Shown: positions 48,872 through 62,599, numbered from the stretch's first letter. The stretch is DNA of 64,000 nt from Nemertoderma westbladi (GCA_032718475.1 JAUCBJ010009049.1:1-64000), one strand, 5' to 3'. Numbers and translations: made by a program. Notes: generated by a model not told the origin, from the sequence alone.

Positions 48872-51800
48872 ATGTCTGACACGCAGCAAAACCTATCAGA
48901 CAGTCTCCTAGATACAACCATCCGCGACTCAGATAGGGGTGTTGAACCGTCGAGACCTAAGTTCAGCTCACCTCCTAGTGTAAGGAAAGTCATCCCTCCT
49001 GTAGTAATATCAGACCCTAGGCTAATCCAACACCATAGGTCTATCATCGGTACGCGGGCCCAAGTTAAGCGGGATCAAGAAGCAGCCGTCAATCAGCAGC
49101 AACCCCCTAGCCAAGAACCTAGTTCTCAGCGGCCCGATAGCTCCAGTAGTTCGGATACTGTTGAGCTAACGCCCGAACGCGGAGCAAAAATGGCGGATAC
49201 AGTTTATTCGGACCCCCTTCTTGTTCTTCCGGCAGCAGTACTAACTACGGTGTTAGTTGCGGTGGAGGAACACCAACATGATTGGGTTAGAAGTGGGCAG
49301 TCGACCAAAGATAGTTATGCGGGATACCTGAGGGAAGAACTGATGTCTATTGTCGAGTCACAGTGGAACTTCCCCGGACTCGGACTCCCGTTTGACTTAT
49401 CGGAAGCCACCTGGGATGATATACACCGGATGGGAGTGGCCAAGGACACCGTAGATCCAGCTGTTTGGAAGAGGTCAGCAGCTGGATATGTACAAGGGTT
49501 CTTCGGCTCTTTGGAGCGATTAGAAGAACAGCTGTTTCGACAACAACGAGGACCTCAAGAGCAGGAAAAGCTGCTTTATCAAGTACGTGAAAGAACTCTA
49601 CGCATTAGACTAATCCTATCGGCTTTTGAGGAAACATCCAAAAGAAAGCAGGACACGTCATTGCAAGTCGCTGTCAAGACTTGGTTCCAGCGGGTGAGCC
49701 TCAAGGTTCAAGAAACAGCCAAGTGGAAAGCTCAGTTGGCTGAGCGCCCCTACCACTATGAAGAATCAACCGACGCCACCTTTTCTCAAGGGGAAAGCGA
49801 AGTAACAGCAGCAGAGAAGCCGCGAACTAAAAACGCTATTGACATTTATCTGTCCGACTATCAGCGATTCCTAGGAGACGAAGAGTTGAGGAGACGGTTG
49901 GCTGGACTTTCCCCTAATAGTGAAGGAGCCAAGCATGTGTTGGACGCAATCGATACGGAAATGTTAGCTGAAGACCAAGCTAAATTTGATGAACGTCTCC
50001 GCATAGCTAGAGCCCAGGAAGAACAAGTAAAGAAAAGGCGGATAGAAGACAGAAAGGCAGCATCAGTAGCAGCGGCAATGGCAACAGCAGAAGCAGACAG
50101 AAAGGCGGCAGAAGCAGCGGCCGAAGCAGACAGAAAGGCAGAAAGAAAAGCGGCAGAAGCAGCAGCCGAAGCGGACAGAAAGGCAGAAAGAAAGGCGGCA
50201 GAAGCAGCAGCCGAAGTGGAAAGAAAGGCGGCGGAGGCAGTGGCCGAAGCAGAACGGAGAGCGTCTGAAGAGACCACCCAACTAGAGTTGGAAAATCTGC
50301 AAGAGACGCAAGACAACATCAATAGACAGTTAACTGATAGTCGAATGAAGATGATGAGTCGATCTACTTCCAAACGCCAAGGCTATACATCATCGGAGGA
50401 AGGGGATACCACCGACCCTGAAGGCGGAGTAAGTAGATCTCGTCTCAGTAGGCGTAGAAATACATCTCACCGTCACAAATTGCCCGATTTGCCCCCGCTG
50501 TTAGAAGACAAATAGCTAGCACAACCGTAGGTAGTATAGAACCCACAGACCAGATTACTGTAAACAGACACCCTACTATAGTAGATGAACCTGAAATAAT
50601 TAGGCCTGTTCTCGAAGCCACCCCTTTGGTGCTAGAGACACCTGTACTTCTAGAACCTACATTTAAATTCCCTTTACACAGCACCAAACTATCTGTGCCT
50701 AGAGGAACAGTTCCTGAAACAGTGTCGGTCTTGGACTCCGAGCGAAATATAAATAATATATCGCCCGTAGTCCCTCGTCTGCCCGCTACGACGTTGGCGG
50801 ATCCCGCTTCGGCGGTTAATTGGGTAGACGAGAGACGGCGGGGGATGGACATTCTCCTCGGAAAGATGGAGGAGAATCGAGTACGCTCCTCCCAACAAGT
50901 CCGAGAGTTAGAAGGGACTGTTCAACAGTTAAAAGGAACTGTAAAGGAAAGTAGGTTAGAGTTGCAAGAAGTGCAGCAAAGTATCGCATTAGAACGTGAT
51001 AAATTAGTCAATTTACAAAAAGGTATACCACTACCCCCTGTAACAATGTGTCAACCCGTTAGGTCTGAAGTATCCCATGCGCAAGGTGCGGAGCCTACAC
51101 GCATCTATACTGCTAGCAAAGTAGAAACTCCTGTAGTGAACCCTATTAAGGGTAATTATAGACCTGTTGACAATGATATCCCATCTAGACTGGATAATAA
51201 TCCGAGAAATTTATATACCGATAATTCTCTATTCAATAATACGATGGCTCAAGAAAGTTTTACGCGTCAAATGGCTAGAACCGAAGCCCGGCAAGCGGTA
51301 AAGGTTGGAGAGATCGCCAAGTTTAATGGAGATGAGATGAAATGGTTACCTTTTAATGAATATTACAAAGATAACATACAGGACTCTGTACTATCTAACG
51401 GAGAGAAACTTAGATTCCTTATTGAGTGCTTGGAAGGATCTCCCAAGTTAATGGCGTTAAAGTTTATTGAACATCCAGACGGATTAAGACAAGTTTGGGA
51501 CACACTAAACATCAGGTATGGTAATAGGAATAATATCGCTAAATATTTGTATGCAAAATTAGTAGCGCCCAGAAAGTTCATCAACAGTGGGATAATAGAG
51601 TTTTCCGATGAGATTCAAGAGATCTGTAGACAATTAGATTGGTTAGGTAAGTCTCATGAATACCAAAGTTCTATGGTCATTGGAGCTGTAGCTTCTACTT
51701 TACCGAAGGGTGGTGGGGTAGGCACACGCTGGGATAAGAAGGTACTATATATGATGGAACAACAACGACGGGACCCTACCATGGCTGATCTCATGTCATT

Positions 51801-54272
51801 CTTGGACGGAGAAGTGAAATTGCAACTCCTCTAGCAGTCCAGAGAGAAGACACTGGAAAACAAGGTAAGTGAGAAACCCCTTTCCCGGAGAAAAGTAACA
51901 CCAGTATGTTATACCGACGATGGCAAAAGCCAGACTTCTCAAGGAGAGGACAGCGGAAAAAACACTGACAGATCTTATTATGTCAATAAAATGCCTAAAG
52001 ACCAGGTAAGTAAATCCAAGTCTCGACCCAATGACAGAAGGGAACCGGTAAGAAAAACCCCTCCTATGTCTCCTAAGAGAATTCAGGTGAGAAAGTCTGA
52101 AGAAAGAACGAGTGTGCACAATGTCACCCAAAATAAGGTCAGTAACATCAAACCTAAATGTGTACTATGTGACGGGACTCACCGCTTGAATATGTGCGAT
52201 GAATTCTTAAAGAAATCATTAAAAGAGAGACGGGAAGTCATGTGGGATAAGCGGTTGTGTTACAATTGCCTCAGACAAGGACATCAACGGCGAACCTGTT
52301 ACTCTGACATAAGGTGTGCAAAGTGCGGTGCGAAGCATCACCTCTTGTTGCACACTGAATTCGAGCGAACCAACCCGAGTCAGGTAAGTGATTCCGAATT
52401 ACATGTCCAATTCAGTGATGTGAACGACACCGACCGAGGTTCTGAGATGGAAGGATTCTATACGGACAAGTTCTCCGACGAAAACGAATCCTGCTATATG
52501 ATAAATACCGCTGTGTATCGAGCGCTTATGTATGAAAAAAATACAGACAACGACCTTACCTTAACTACTTCGGATCAATAACAATCTTGGAAAGCGCCAA
52601 CTTCAAATGTAGGAATCCGAGAATTTCCTGTAGTCCAGTTGCGGGTCCACGGACCTCAGAAGAGCTATATAGTGAACGCCCTCCTCGACTCCGGTAGCAC
52701 AGGAACATTCATCGATAAAGAACTAGCCGAAGACATCTTTGCTGGACAACCCAAGTTCCGAACCAAGCTAAAAATGTCAGGAATCATGCAGGTTTGGAAA
52801 TCTACTGTAGCTGCCGACTATTATATAGGTGAGTTGTCCACTCCACAGGATAAACTAGGAGAATACAGTATAAGGTCAGTAAAAATGGTGGCAATAAAGA
52901 ACTTCGCTACCACCCAAGTGGAACCTTATAATTGGGACGAAGATGATCATGCCCAACAACTTAACATCACTAGATTCGACACCGATTATCCTGGAGTACA
53001 AATATTAATCGGTCAAAACGCGCATGAGGCGCTGAAGACATAAGAGAAACGACCTGCTCAACCGCAACCACTTCAGACCTATGCGGTAAGAACTAGAGTA
53101 GGTTGGTACCTTACTGGACCTTCCCGTAGAACACTCAGAGAAAGACTACCTCAAGATCGCGTCTGCCAAGTGAGTGAATGGGAAGATGATACTAGTGAGG
53201 AAGACGATCTAACTGAGGGAACTCCATACTCCTCAGATAACGATGACGTTCACCAACTTTTTGATGAGGAGAATACCATTGATCTCCTTAAGGAAAACGA
53301 GGCTTGGCAAAACCAAGTGAACCTATGTCAACTTCTCTATCCATCCGAAAGAGAAGCGTATAATGACAAGCTAAATGACGTCATTGAACGTTATAATGCC
53401 AAGACTCGGGATGAACATGCCGTACGATTCTTTATGCAAGAGGCGGTAGAGCCCAATTCCTACGATAAGGCCTTATCGGTGGAAGAGGAAAGGGCCAAGC
53501 AGATCCAAGAGACAACTACACGTTTCCTCAAAGATCAAGTTGGTATGAAATCGGTCTACCTTTCCGCAAGTGAGAACCGAAGTTCATCAATAACAGACCC
53601 TTGGCGGAGAAAAGAATTGCGCAACTCCATCGACACCTTACGGCAAATTCTTCAGCTAAAGAAATGTATCAAACACAGCTGAAGAAATTTATTAGTAAGG
53701 GATACGCGGAGAGAGTACCGGAAGAAACACCTGTAACTGAAAGAACGTATTACTTAACTCACCATTACGTTCCCAAACCCGGTAAACCACATGAAGTGAG
53801 AGTAGTGTTTGATGGCTCCGCTCTCTACATGGGCCAATCCCTTAACTCTGAATTGTTACCCGGACCCAACTTACTTCAATCCTTGTTGGGAATTCTTTTA
53901 AGATTAAGACAATATTCAATCGCTTTCGCCTCAGATATAGAAGGCATGTTCTTACAAGTTAAGGTGCTGGATAGGGATCGAGATAGCCTACGATTTCTAT
54001 GGTGGCCTGAAGGAGACCTCAACCAGAAACCGGTGGAGTACTGGATGACCATCCAGGCCTTTGGGATAATCTCAAGCCCTTCCAACGCCTGTTCAGTGGT
54101 GCGTACCACTGCGGATGACAACCGAGAAGCCTTCTCTAAGGAAGTGATTGACAACATCAAGCGGGACATATACATGTACGATAATCTGAAGTCCCTTCCA
54201 TCAGTTGAAGAAGCCATTGAGGTCGCTAAAGGAACGGTAGAGTGCTTAAAAAGAGGTGGATTTAGATTATAA
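48872..54272 (+). pseudogene. A2 gag, protease and RT N-part (several stops and frameshifts)
   Basis: Coiled-coil (EAAAEADRKA)n; KFNGD..W; knuckles CVLCDGTH..C, CYNCLRQGH..C and CAKCGAKHH; LLDSGS; VRVVFDG; DIEGMFLQV; YMYD (YMDD in A1). Confidence 0.95.
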
Positions 54273-57054
54273 ATTCACCAGCAATTCCCGTGAGTTTCTG
54301 GAGTCGATCCCTGCAGAAGATCGAGGGGCAAAAGATCTAGATTTGATCAAGGATGATCTTCTAGAAACCAAGACACTCGGCTTGAAATGGGACACAGAGA
54401 GAGATATCCTGTTTTTCCAACTAAAACAGCGAGATAATCCAGTTCGAACCAAACGGATTTGTTTGAGTATACTGAGCACTTATTTTGATCCATTGGGATT
54501 TATTAGCCCAGTTATATTGATTGCTCGAAGTTTGGTACAACAAATGTGGCTTGAAAACCACTCATGGGACGATCCACTTAAGGGAGAATTATTAAAGAAG
54601 TGGATGAAATGGGAAGATTCTCTGCCAGCCATCGAGGATTTTATAATTTCCCGTTCATATTTTGGTCATGTTCTCCCTACGTATTCCTATCAACTCCATG
54701 TGTTTGGAGACGCCAGCGATATGGGAATAGGTATAGTAGCCTACCTGAGAGTGGAAACTCCGGATGGAATCAAAGTCGCCTTGGTTACCTCTAAGGCATT
54801 AATCAACAACAAGTTGAAAGTTCCTCGAGCGGAGTTAAAGGCGGCGCTATACACTACAGCCATCGGCCGGAATGTAACCGAACAGATCGATTATCCATTA
54901 GAGAAAACTGTCTATTGGACCGACGCTTTACTCGTGTTAGAGTATATAACCAATGAAGTCTGTCAGTTCAGCGTCTTCGTTACCAACAGAGTAGCCATCA
55001 TACTTAGTCGCACGACGATGGATCAATGGAGACATTGCCCCGGAACGATTAATCCAGCAGACATCGCCTCCAGGGGAGCGACTCCAAAAGAATTGGTAAA
55101 TACTCCCGAATGGTTAGGTGGACCCGACTTCCTCTACAGAGAAGAAGAAGAATGGCCTCCCCATCTCACAACAGCAGAGATTAGACAGGCCAAGGGAGCG
55201 GAGAAAGTTAAACCTAAAACTCGAGCGAGTAAATCGAAATTATTTAAACCTGCGGTTGATCTATCTGTATTATTTACTTCCGGAGGTGATGCTTTGGATC
55301 AGAAACCCCCTGCCACGAATAAAGAAGTCTTGGAAATCCGTGACAAGGATTGGAAATCTGGAATACCAGATATCTCACAAGGACTCTCACCTCTCCTGCA
55401 GAGAGCGATCCATCACTACAGTTCCTGGAATCGGCTCTGTAAAGCCGTCATATATTTAAAGCGATGTTTTCATCATCATTACTCCAGGACAAAGACCAAT
55501 AGTGATGATGCTCCATCGACATCTGCACGAGTCCATGTTGTTAAAGATCTTCCCAAATACAAGATATCCGACAGGTTTCTAAAGGAGAAGATCAGTTACC
55601 AGGAGCATGATGAAACCAACAAACAGATGCTAAAACTCCTACAATGCTATGAGGATTCCGATAAGTATTTCCTGTTGTTGAGAAATCCGCAGATGCGCTT
55701 AAGGGATCGCTTCTCTAGTACAATGATAGATGGGTTAATACGTGTGGGAGGAAGGCTTACTAACGCCCCATTATCCTTTGACACTAAGTTTCCCATACTC
55801 ATTAGAAATCTTGATATACAAATCAAGATGATTGTAGATGTTCATGGTAAACTGTACCATGCTGGTAGAGAACGAGTTCTTAGCGAAATTCGAACTCGCT
55901 ACTATTTTTATAAACCCCGCAGAGCTCTGAACCAAGTTCTTAGGAACTGCATACCCTGTAGGAAAGCATTCAGTAGGCCTTTAACACAGCGAGAGGCAGA
56001 ATTACCTAGGGAACGAGTAAGCTTCTATGAACCACCCTTTACTAATACCGGTGTGGATTTATTTGGCCCTATTGAAGTATATCGTGCCCGGACTATAGTC
56101 AAGAGATGGTGTGTCATCTTCGTTTGTATGACTTGTAGAGCTATCCATCTCGTTATGGTAAACGATCTATCTACCAACAGCTTCGTGTTAAGTTTACGAC
56201 GACAGATCGCTCGCTTCGGAACTAGTAACACGATGAGATCGGATAAAGGAACGAACTTCATTGGCGCCAACAACGAAATTCAAGCTTACGTAAAGGACTG
56301 GAACCAAAGACAGGTGGACAACCAGCTAAAGGTAACAGCGTCTAGCTGGACCTTCAACGCCGCCGACGCCCCTTGGTGGGGAGGAACTTGGGAGAGATTG
56401 ATTAGGAGCGTGAAGACTGCATTCCACTTTATAGTGCCGTGTCGCGCTTATCTCACCGACGAACTATTACAGACGTTAATGGAGGAAATCGCCGCCTATC
56501 TCAACGAAAGACCGCTTATGCCAGTCTCTTCAAGTCCTGATTCCCTGGAAGCGCTAACACCCGCGCACTTTCTACTGAAGAAACCCGTAGCCATGCTCCC
56601 ACGATCGGAGATCACAGACGGAGACGAGTACTGCCGTCAAACCTGGCAACTTATGCAGTTGCTATCCCGTCGTTTCGCTGACCATTTCGAGAAACATTAT
56701 CTGCCCACTCTACAACTTCGAACTAAGTGGTTTGCGCAGCAAGAAAACGTCAGCGCTGGAGACATGGTGCTTATTGTGGACCCCGATCTCCCACGTAAGC
56801 GATGGCAAACAGGTTGTATCATCAAGACACATATCTCGAGCGATGGTTTGGTGCGATCGGTAGAACTTGTCGTCATGCGGCGTAACTTTAAGAAACCGGG
56901 GATAGTCTTTGAGACTCAACAGCTCAACCACCCAGTGGGTCGTTTATGTTTACTGGAAAGAGACAGAGAGCTCTCCGGAAACTATGGAAGGCAAGAAACT
57001 CTTCCCACGACCACCTCCCTAATCCAACCAACATCTAGGGGCTCCCCAACTTAA
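54256..57054 (+). CDS. A2 pol segment: RT C-part, RNase H, integrase (932 aa open)
   Basis: FDPLG, HVFGDAS, PRAELKAA, YWTD, NPADIASRG, H..H..CIPC, GVDLFGP, SDKGTNF, WERL. Confidence 0.95.
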   Translation: MDLDYKFTSNSREFLESIPAEDRGAKDLDLIKDDLLETKTLGLKWDTERDILFFQLKQRDNPVRTKRICLSILSTYFDPLGFISPVILIARSLVQQMWLENHSWDDPLKGELLKKWMKWEDSLPAIEDFIISRSYFGHVLPTYSYQLHVFGDASDMGIGIVAYLRVETPDGIKVALVTSKALINNKLKVPRAELKAALYTTAIGRNVTEQIDYPLEKTVYWTDALLVLEYITNEVCQFSVFVTNRVAIILSRTTMDQWRHCPGTINPADIASRGATPKELVNTPEWLGGPDFLYREEEEWPPHLTTAEIRQAKGAEKVKPKTRASKSKLFKPAVDLSVLFTSGGDALDQKPPATNKEVLEIRDKDWKSGIPDISQGLSPLLQRAIHHYSSWNRLCKAVIYLKRCFHHHYSRTKTNSDDAPSTSARVHVVKDLPKYKISDRFLKEKISYQEHDETNKQMLKLLQCYEDSDKYFLLLRNPQMRLRDRFSSTMIDGLIRVGGRLTNAPLSFDTKFPILIRNLDIQIKMIVDVHGKLYHAGRERVLSEIRTRYYFYKPRRALNQVLRNCIPCRKAFSRPLTQREAELPRERVSFYEPPFTNTGVDLFGPIEVYRARTIVKRWCVIFVCMTCRAIHLVMVNDLSTNSFVLSLRRQIARFGTSNTMRSDKGTNFIGANNEIQAYVKDWNQRQVDNQLKVTASSWTFNAADAPWWGGTWERLIRSVKTAFHFIVPCRAYLTDELLQTLMEEIAAYLNERPLMPVSSSPDSLEALTPAHFLLKKPVAMLPRSEITDGDEYCRQTWQLMQLLSRRFADHFEKHYLPTLQLRTKWFAQQENVSAGDMVLIVDPDLPRKRWQTGCIIKTHISSDGLVRSVELVVMRRNFKKPGIVFETQQLNHPVGRLCLLERDRELSGNYGRQETLPTTTSLIQPTSRGSPT

Positions 57055-58711
57055 TATCGTTCGGAGTGGGCGTGTGACTCTATTATTTTATATTATTTTA
57101 TTATTTTTATATTTCTGTATGTATTACTATGTAATTTTATTATAATCGTTTTCTTTAATTTTTATTTTAAGTAGAATATTATTAGTGATTATTTAGTAGA
57201 ATAGTGCAATATATTCGCGTTTATTGCGTACGTAATTACTTATATATTATATCTTTAGTGTGACGGCGAGAAACAATTATTTTTCTCTTTCCTTACTGTC
57301 TGTATTATATTATAAATACGTGACTACAGTAAGATGAAATGTCCGTACTTATTAAAGTACAATAAAGCCACTACTATATTCAAGTATTATTGGTAGGCAG
57401 AGTATTAGGAATGCAAAGTTCAGATCCTCGTGTCTCGGCTAAACCAAGCTCTGGGTAGACCTTGGAAACGACTTGCCTCTTCACACTGACATTGCTCCGT
57501 GCGATATTGCTCTCATACCATATATAATAATACATATAGTAGCGTGATGTCCCTATAACAGTAGCGTAAAACGCACATAAATCTGTTAAACCTTTGACCA
57601 TCTGTAATTCTAGTCGATTAAGATATCGCGGCACCCACCGATATACTTGAAAGACAAATTCTAGAATCAGTGGTTAACGTCCCCAGACTAGTTCTGGAAT
57701 AAATCGGTGCCCATCTCAAATATTAATTATTTAATATTTACAAATCTATAACTAAAATCTGTAAAATTCAGATCCTTTAACAATTCTGGTCGATTAAGAT
57801 ATCGTAGCACTTACCGATACTCTTAAAAAGACAATTTTCATAGAATTAAGGATCTCGTGTCCCCAGACATGTTCTGGAATCAAATCGTGTCAATTTTACT
57901 ATTAAATAATAAAATTCACGGGAATAAATTTAAATTCATACCTTTCAATGAATTTAATAAATTGCCATTTTTACGCAATTTATAACATTCCCAAAATTCC
58001 ATTAATTAATAGACCACGGGAGTGGAGATTTATCTTATCATGCGCATTAGTGTGCGAGAATCTCCCAAACATAGTCAATAGCCGATAAAATTCATAAAGT
58101 CATGTATAAAACGGGATATTGACCATTAAATAATTACTATTAAATAACATCCCAGATCTGTATGCATTGGAATTACCCTAATTCTACCGCTAGCTTTGCA
58201 TAATGTCACCATAGCAACAACCACGCTAGAATTAGAATTGAGTTAAAAGAACAATAGAAAGCTTGTCCCATTGAATAGCATAGGGAATAAATAGCGCAGT
58301 GCTAGTATCCAAGGATACATAATAATACAGTGACATTCTGAAAGGCACTGACTAATGGACAAATGGCCCGAATGTGCGTAGTTTGTGACAGTTGTGTGGT
58401 ATTTGTGAGTTTATAGGTGAATGTTACTGCTAAAGTGTGTTTACAGTAGCTAGTCGCAATCGTGAAAGTAGCCCTAACTCTCCAAGGATAACCTGAAGTA
58501 CATCTAAGCCTTTGGGACGGACAGTGGAGTGACTTGTGCCAGTTATCGTTGTCGTTGTGCGGCTACGTCGTTGGCGAAAGTACAGCGACAGCGGTACATC
58601 GGCGCTGAGAATCTCACACTGTCCGGGGGCAAAAGCGGGGTAGGCAGCGACGCCCGCTCGCCTAATATATACATAAACTCATTATAATATTGGTGAACTC
58701 TTATAGCAGAT

Positions 58712-61700
58712 ATGACTGAGTTGATAGAAGATGATCTTGGTATTAGGGAGCGATATACTCTACCTTTACAAGCGTTTGTCGATAGCTTGATACGCGGCGA
58801 CGCTGATCCAACTACTACGGAGGACGATGGTCGTTATATCGAACCGCCAATGTCCCAGGAGCAACTTACGCGGGAATAGGATTATAGAAGGTTCACCGCT
58901 CGCTATACGCGTCGTAATGGTACGTATATGGACTTCTTAACTACTGGTCATCCTATCGATTTACACGATACAGACGATATAGACACCGAAAGGGAAATGG
59001 TTTTATTTAAATATCATACCCAGCGGAGTCGAAACGATAAATCAAGAATAGAACACGAGAACTCTATTCGAAATAGACTCGAGAGGGAAGACGTTGAAGA
59101 ACCGGATAAACGTAGCGACTTTAACGATTATCTAGAATTCCTGAGAGAGACCTATCTCAATATTGCCAGCCAACAAAACCTCGAAACTCGATATCCTCAA
59201 GGTATACATCCAGATCCTATGATGGAACTCAAACGGCTCTATTTTACGATGATGTATCTTACCGCCGATCGACCGCTACCTGTCGTTCCAGATAGCTTCG
59301 AACAGATGGAGGAATATTGTAAAACTGGAGAGCGATCACCCGCGTTTCCCCTTCAAGACGTGCGTCTTTGGTATTACTGCGACGAATGCCCTAGACCTAA
59401 TCAGCAAATCGAAAGGCATAAACATCCGCGGAGACGTTGCGCTAAACACAGTTTTACGCGATATACTTATGGGAGTTTCGAGCGAAACCTTTTCGATGTA
59501 TCACCTACGGTCGCACGCCTTAAACGATCTTTGAATAAACCCATGATCAGAGTTCCGGAATACTTGGTCAAACCTCCTCATTCCCAAGTGAGACCTCAAA
59601 CTTTCGATCCTAATAGTATTACGGATCCTCCCGAACTGTACTCACTGTTCAAAGATCTAGTGTTACCCGAACAGTTGATTGGTGGCACTCCGGTAGTGGG
59701 TTCGTTAGATATTCGCCAACCCTACCTAGCTGGACTAGGACGCGGTCATCTAATATCACCGTTTAACCCATACAACCGTCCTGGCCTCCCTCCGATCCAA
59801 CCTGTTGCGGAAGTCGAAGAGAGCGTGATACGAAATGCATTGGACGCTATTCGGCAGAAAATCGGAAAGGGAACTTACAATTGCTTGGAAAAACGTAAAT
59901 TGCAACAACAAGTCCAAGCAGTGAAAGAACTAGCTTTACCCCAGTTTGATAGAGAAATACAAAATCTAGAGGAGGACATCGAACGTGGACGCACCTACTC
60001 TTTACAGAAATTCCTGGACGAGCGCTTGCAACAACAAGCGGAGGAAAATCAGCTTGAGGAGAGACATATAGAACTGAATGAGAGGGAAGAAGCAGCTTTA
60101 GCCCAGCCAGAAGCTCAAATTCTCATGACGGATCTCTATTCTAAAACGATCCTCCACCCCTCGATGGTTCCTCATTTCAGAGACAAGCTCTTTGCTACGG
60201 TACAGCCTCAACCGGTTAATACCGATCTTAGATCTCAAGAGCTTATTGCGGACGCTCCCATGTTACAACGTCCACCCATCGAAGCCGCTCGTGTCGATGG
60301 TGTACTCGTTGAACCTCCGTACAATAGAGCGGATCTTGTCTGTCGCATGGTGCACGATGTTAACATACGCGCTAGACCTTTACCGGACTCATTTTATGGA
60401 ATTAAGGATCACCCTTATTACGTCAACTTAACACAATATTACATGGTAAAACCGGAAGATCCTATGCATAGTCTGAGGTTTCTACCATTAATAAATCCTC
60501 TCGATCTTGTCGAACTCAAACAACTGCAGAAACATCTGGATCAGTTAGTTAAAATAAACTCATTTCGAAAACCGTATAATATTTCTAGAATAGAGAAATA
60601 AATAATACCTCCGTATAATCTTGATGGATTCATTAAAACTCGATTAGTGCACTGGAATCTTGACGTGTTATTCGAGGAGGAAAGAATAAAACGATATGGA
60701 GATGTGGAAACCTATACTACACAATGCTTAAAGTATAGAGACTTACCCAATGCTAGCGAATGCGCTACTTTGTGACATCCAGTGGGAATGACTCTCGAAA
60801 ACGCCACTAAGGAATGGAACGAGACTCTTAACGTTATCGAGATGTATGGCGTTGTTACTTATGACAACGAAGGTAGCGTTCCAGCTGGAGAACTAGGAAC
60901 TACGCAAATGATACACATACGAGGACTCGCTGGTTCTACCCACGTATTCACGCGAGCGTGTTCCGACGTGATTGATTATTCTTTTGAAACTCTTACAGAG
61001 ACACAAAAGAAACTCCGACATGGACAATTCGAGCTCGCGCAGCGTTATGTCAACAACACTGAGCGCAAACCAGCCATGGGTATCGATGGATCAATGTTAC
61101 CTCAACCCGTACTCGAAATGTTGTTTAACGAAAGAATCCTGAAAATCGGCTCAGCTGTTTATGGAGATCTCCAAAACGACTTTCGGAATATGGAAAACAT
61201 TCCATACCCTTTCGTTGATACTCAGCTGATTGCTCCTTGGGCCAAAGGCCGAGGTTTCTTTCGCACGATGTATGCCAATACACCCAGCGGCATTACTAAA
61301 GTACAACGGACCTCCATCGGACATCTTGCCTTTCAAGAATATGGATGGAATTTCAAAGTTGGAAATCCTATCAATTACCAGCAAGTATATGGAGATCATT
61401 ACTCTCGTTTGTATTTTGATGGACCATTAACTGCGCCTGGTGCCGTAAATAGCTTTATGAGTGTTCCACTTCGCCCTTCCTTAGCTATATACACGATCTT
61501 TGAGAACGCAGCACTTGCCGGTTGGCTAGTCGATGTGTGCAGTCGTACCATACGCGCCCATCCATTAATACTTGGAACCAAACTCGCCAAATTTATACGT
61601 TTCGAATGTTTCCGGCGCTTTCTGACTCCGTTCCGTAACGTCAATAGTCAGTTCAAGGACCGCGCGCTGACCAAACTCAGTCTGAGAGACTCAGCTGCGG

Positions 61701-62599
61701 AGAAACTGAGTAGCGCTGGATTTGCCATTTTTCAAGACGTTTGTATACAGAACTTACATTCATCTGTTATACAAAGACCCCGAATACCTACAGGTTATTC
61801 TGTCGTAGAAGTCCAGACAGTGGGTCCACTTACTGAGACAGACGCTCCCACATCAACTATGCAGTTGGAGGATGAGCCAGTATGCTTGGAATCAGAAGCG
61901 ATTCAGCCTACAGCTTCCCGGAGCAGCAATAATGATTACGTCTTAGAGTGGTATCAAGGTCCACAACGTCTCACAGCGTACGATTATCGACACGCGAACT
62001 ATGTTTCTCGAAAACGTTGTCGATTATGCGCATCGAGAGACCACTTCACCCCTCTAGACTCAGACGTACCCTGCTCCTATTTCCTCGAACAACTGATGAT
62101 GGAAATATATTGTGCGTATTGCAGACTTAATAACTCTCATATTTTTGACGTCTGCCCACAATTTATGACTCAATGTCACTACTGTCAACTTAAAGGACAT
62201 GACAGTTACAATTGTCCCTTTAATCGCGATTTAGAGAGCGTAGACGAGATGATCACATTGCGATACATCCGAGCTTGGGAAGCGAACGCGGATTTACATT
62301 GCGAATCCCGACATCGCTATTACCCTGGATGCGCTTACGAGGGAGTTTACGCGTTCCATCCTTATCTATTCGCGTCGATTGAACAGAAAACACGCGTACC
62401 GAGTTATGAGTTGATGAAGCGTGTTGGTGAATGTATTTCCACCAAGTTTGTTAGAAAATACCTTAGAAACGTTAACCCTAATGATATAACCTCATATCAC
62501 TTGATCAATTTTATCCGTCAAGACCCTGAGTATGGCGATATCTTTGTGAACTCGCACCCTGAACTACAGGAAGTATCTCGGCGACCCTATGAATATTGA
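58712..62599 (+). CDS. A2 accessory ORF3 (~1295 codons, three in-frame stops): CxxC..CxxH module, DEDDy-like exonuclease, zinc knuckles
   Basis: ATG 58712 and ORFs 58928-60601 and 60782-62599 share one frame. The stops at ~60599 and ~60773 are sense codons in A1. Motifs CDEC..CAKH, YDNEG, KIGSAVYGDL, VDTQ, YTIFE, CRLC..H, CAYC..H..C and CHYCQLKGHDSYNC. Confidence 0.82.

Noticed and set aside
50090-50260. (EAAAEADRKA)n repeat in A2 Gag
   Set aside because: Coiled-coil low-complexity segments are ordinary in BEL/Pao Gag N-termini.
57380-57634. 84-aa antisense ORF in the pol-ORF3 spacer
   Set aside because: The A1 counterpart (~21500-21760) has small indels that appear to break the frame, and there is no recognisable domain.
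58712-62599. ORF3 as an env gene or a host gene
   Set aside because: No signal peptide or transmembrane segment is visible. It is intronless, lies between pol and the PPT/LTR, and occurs in the same position in three element copies.
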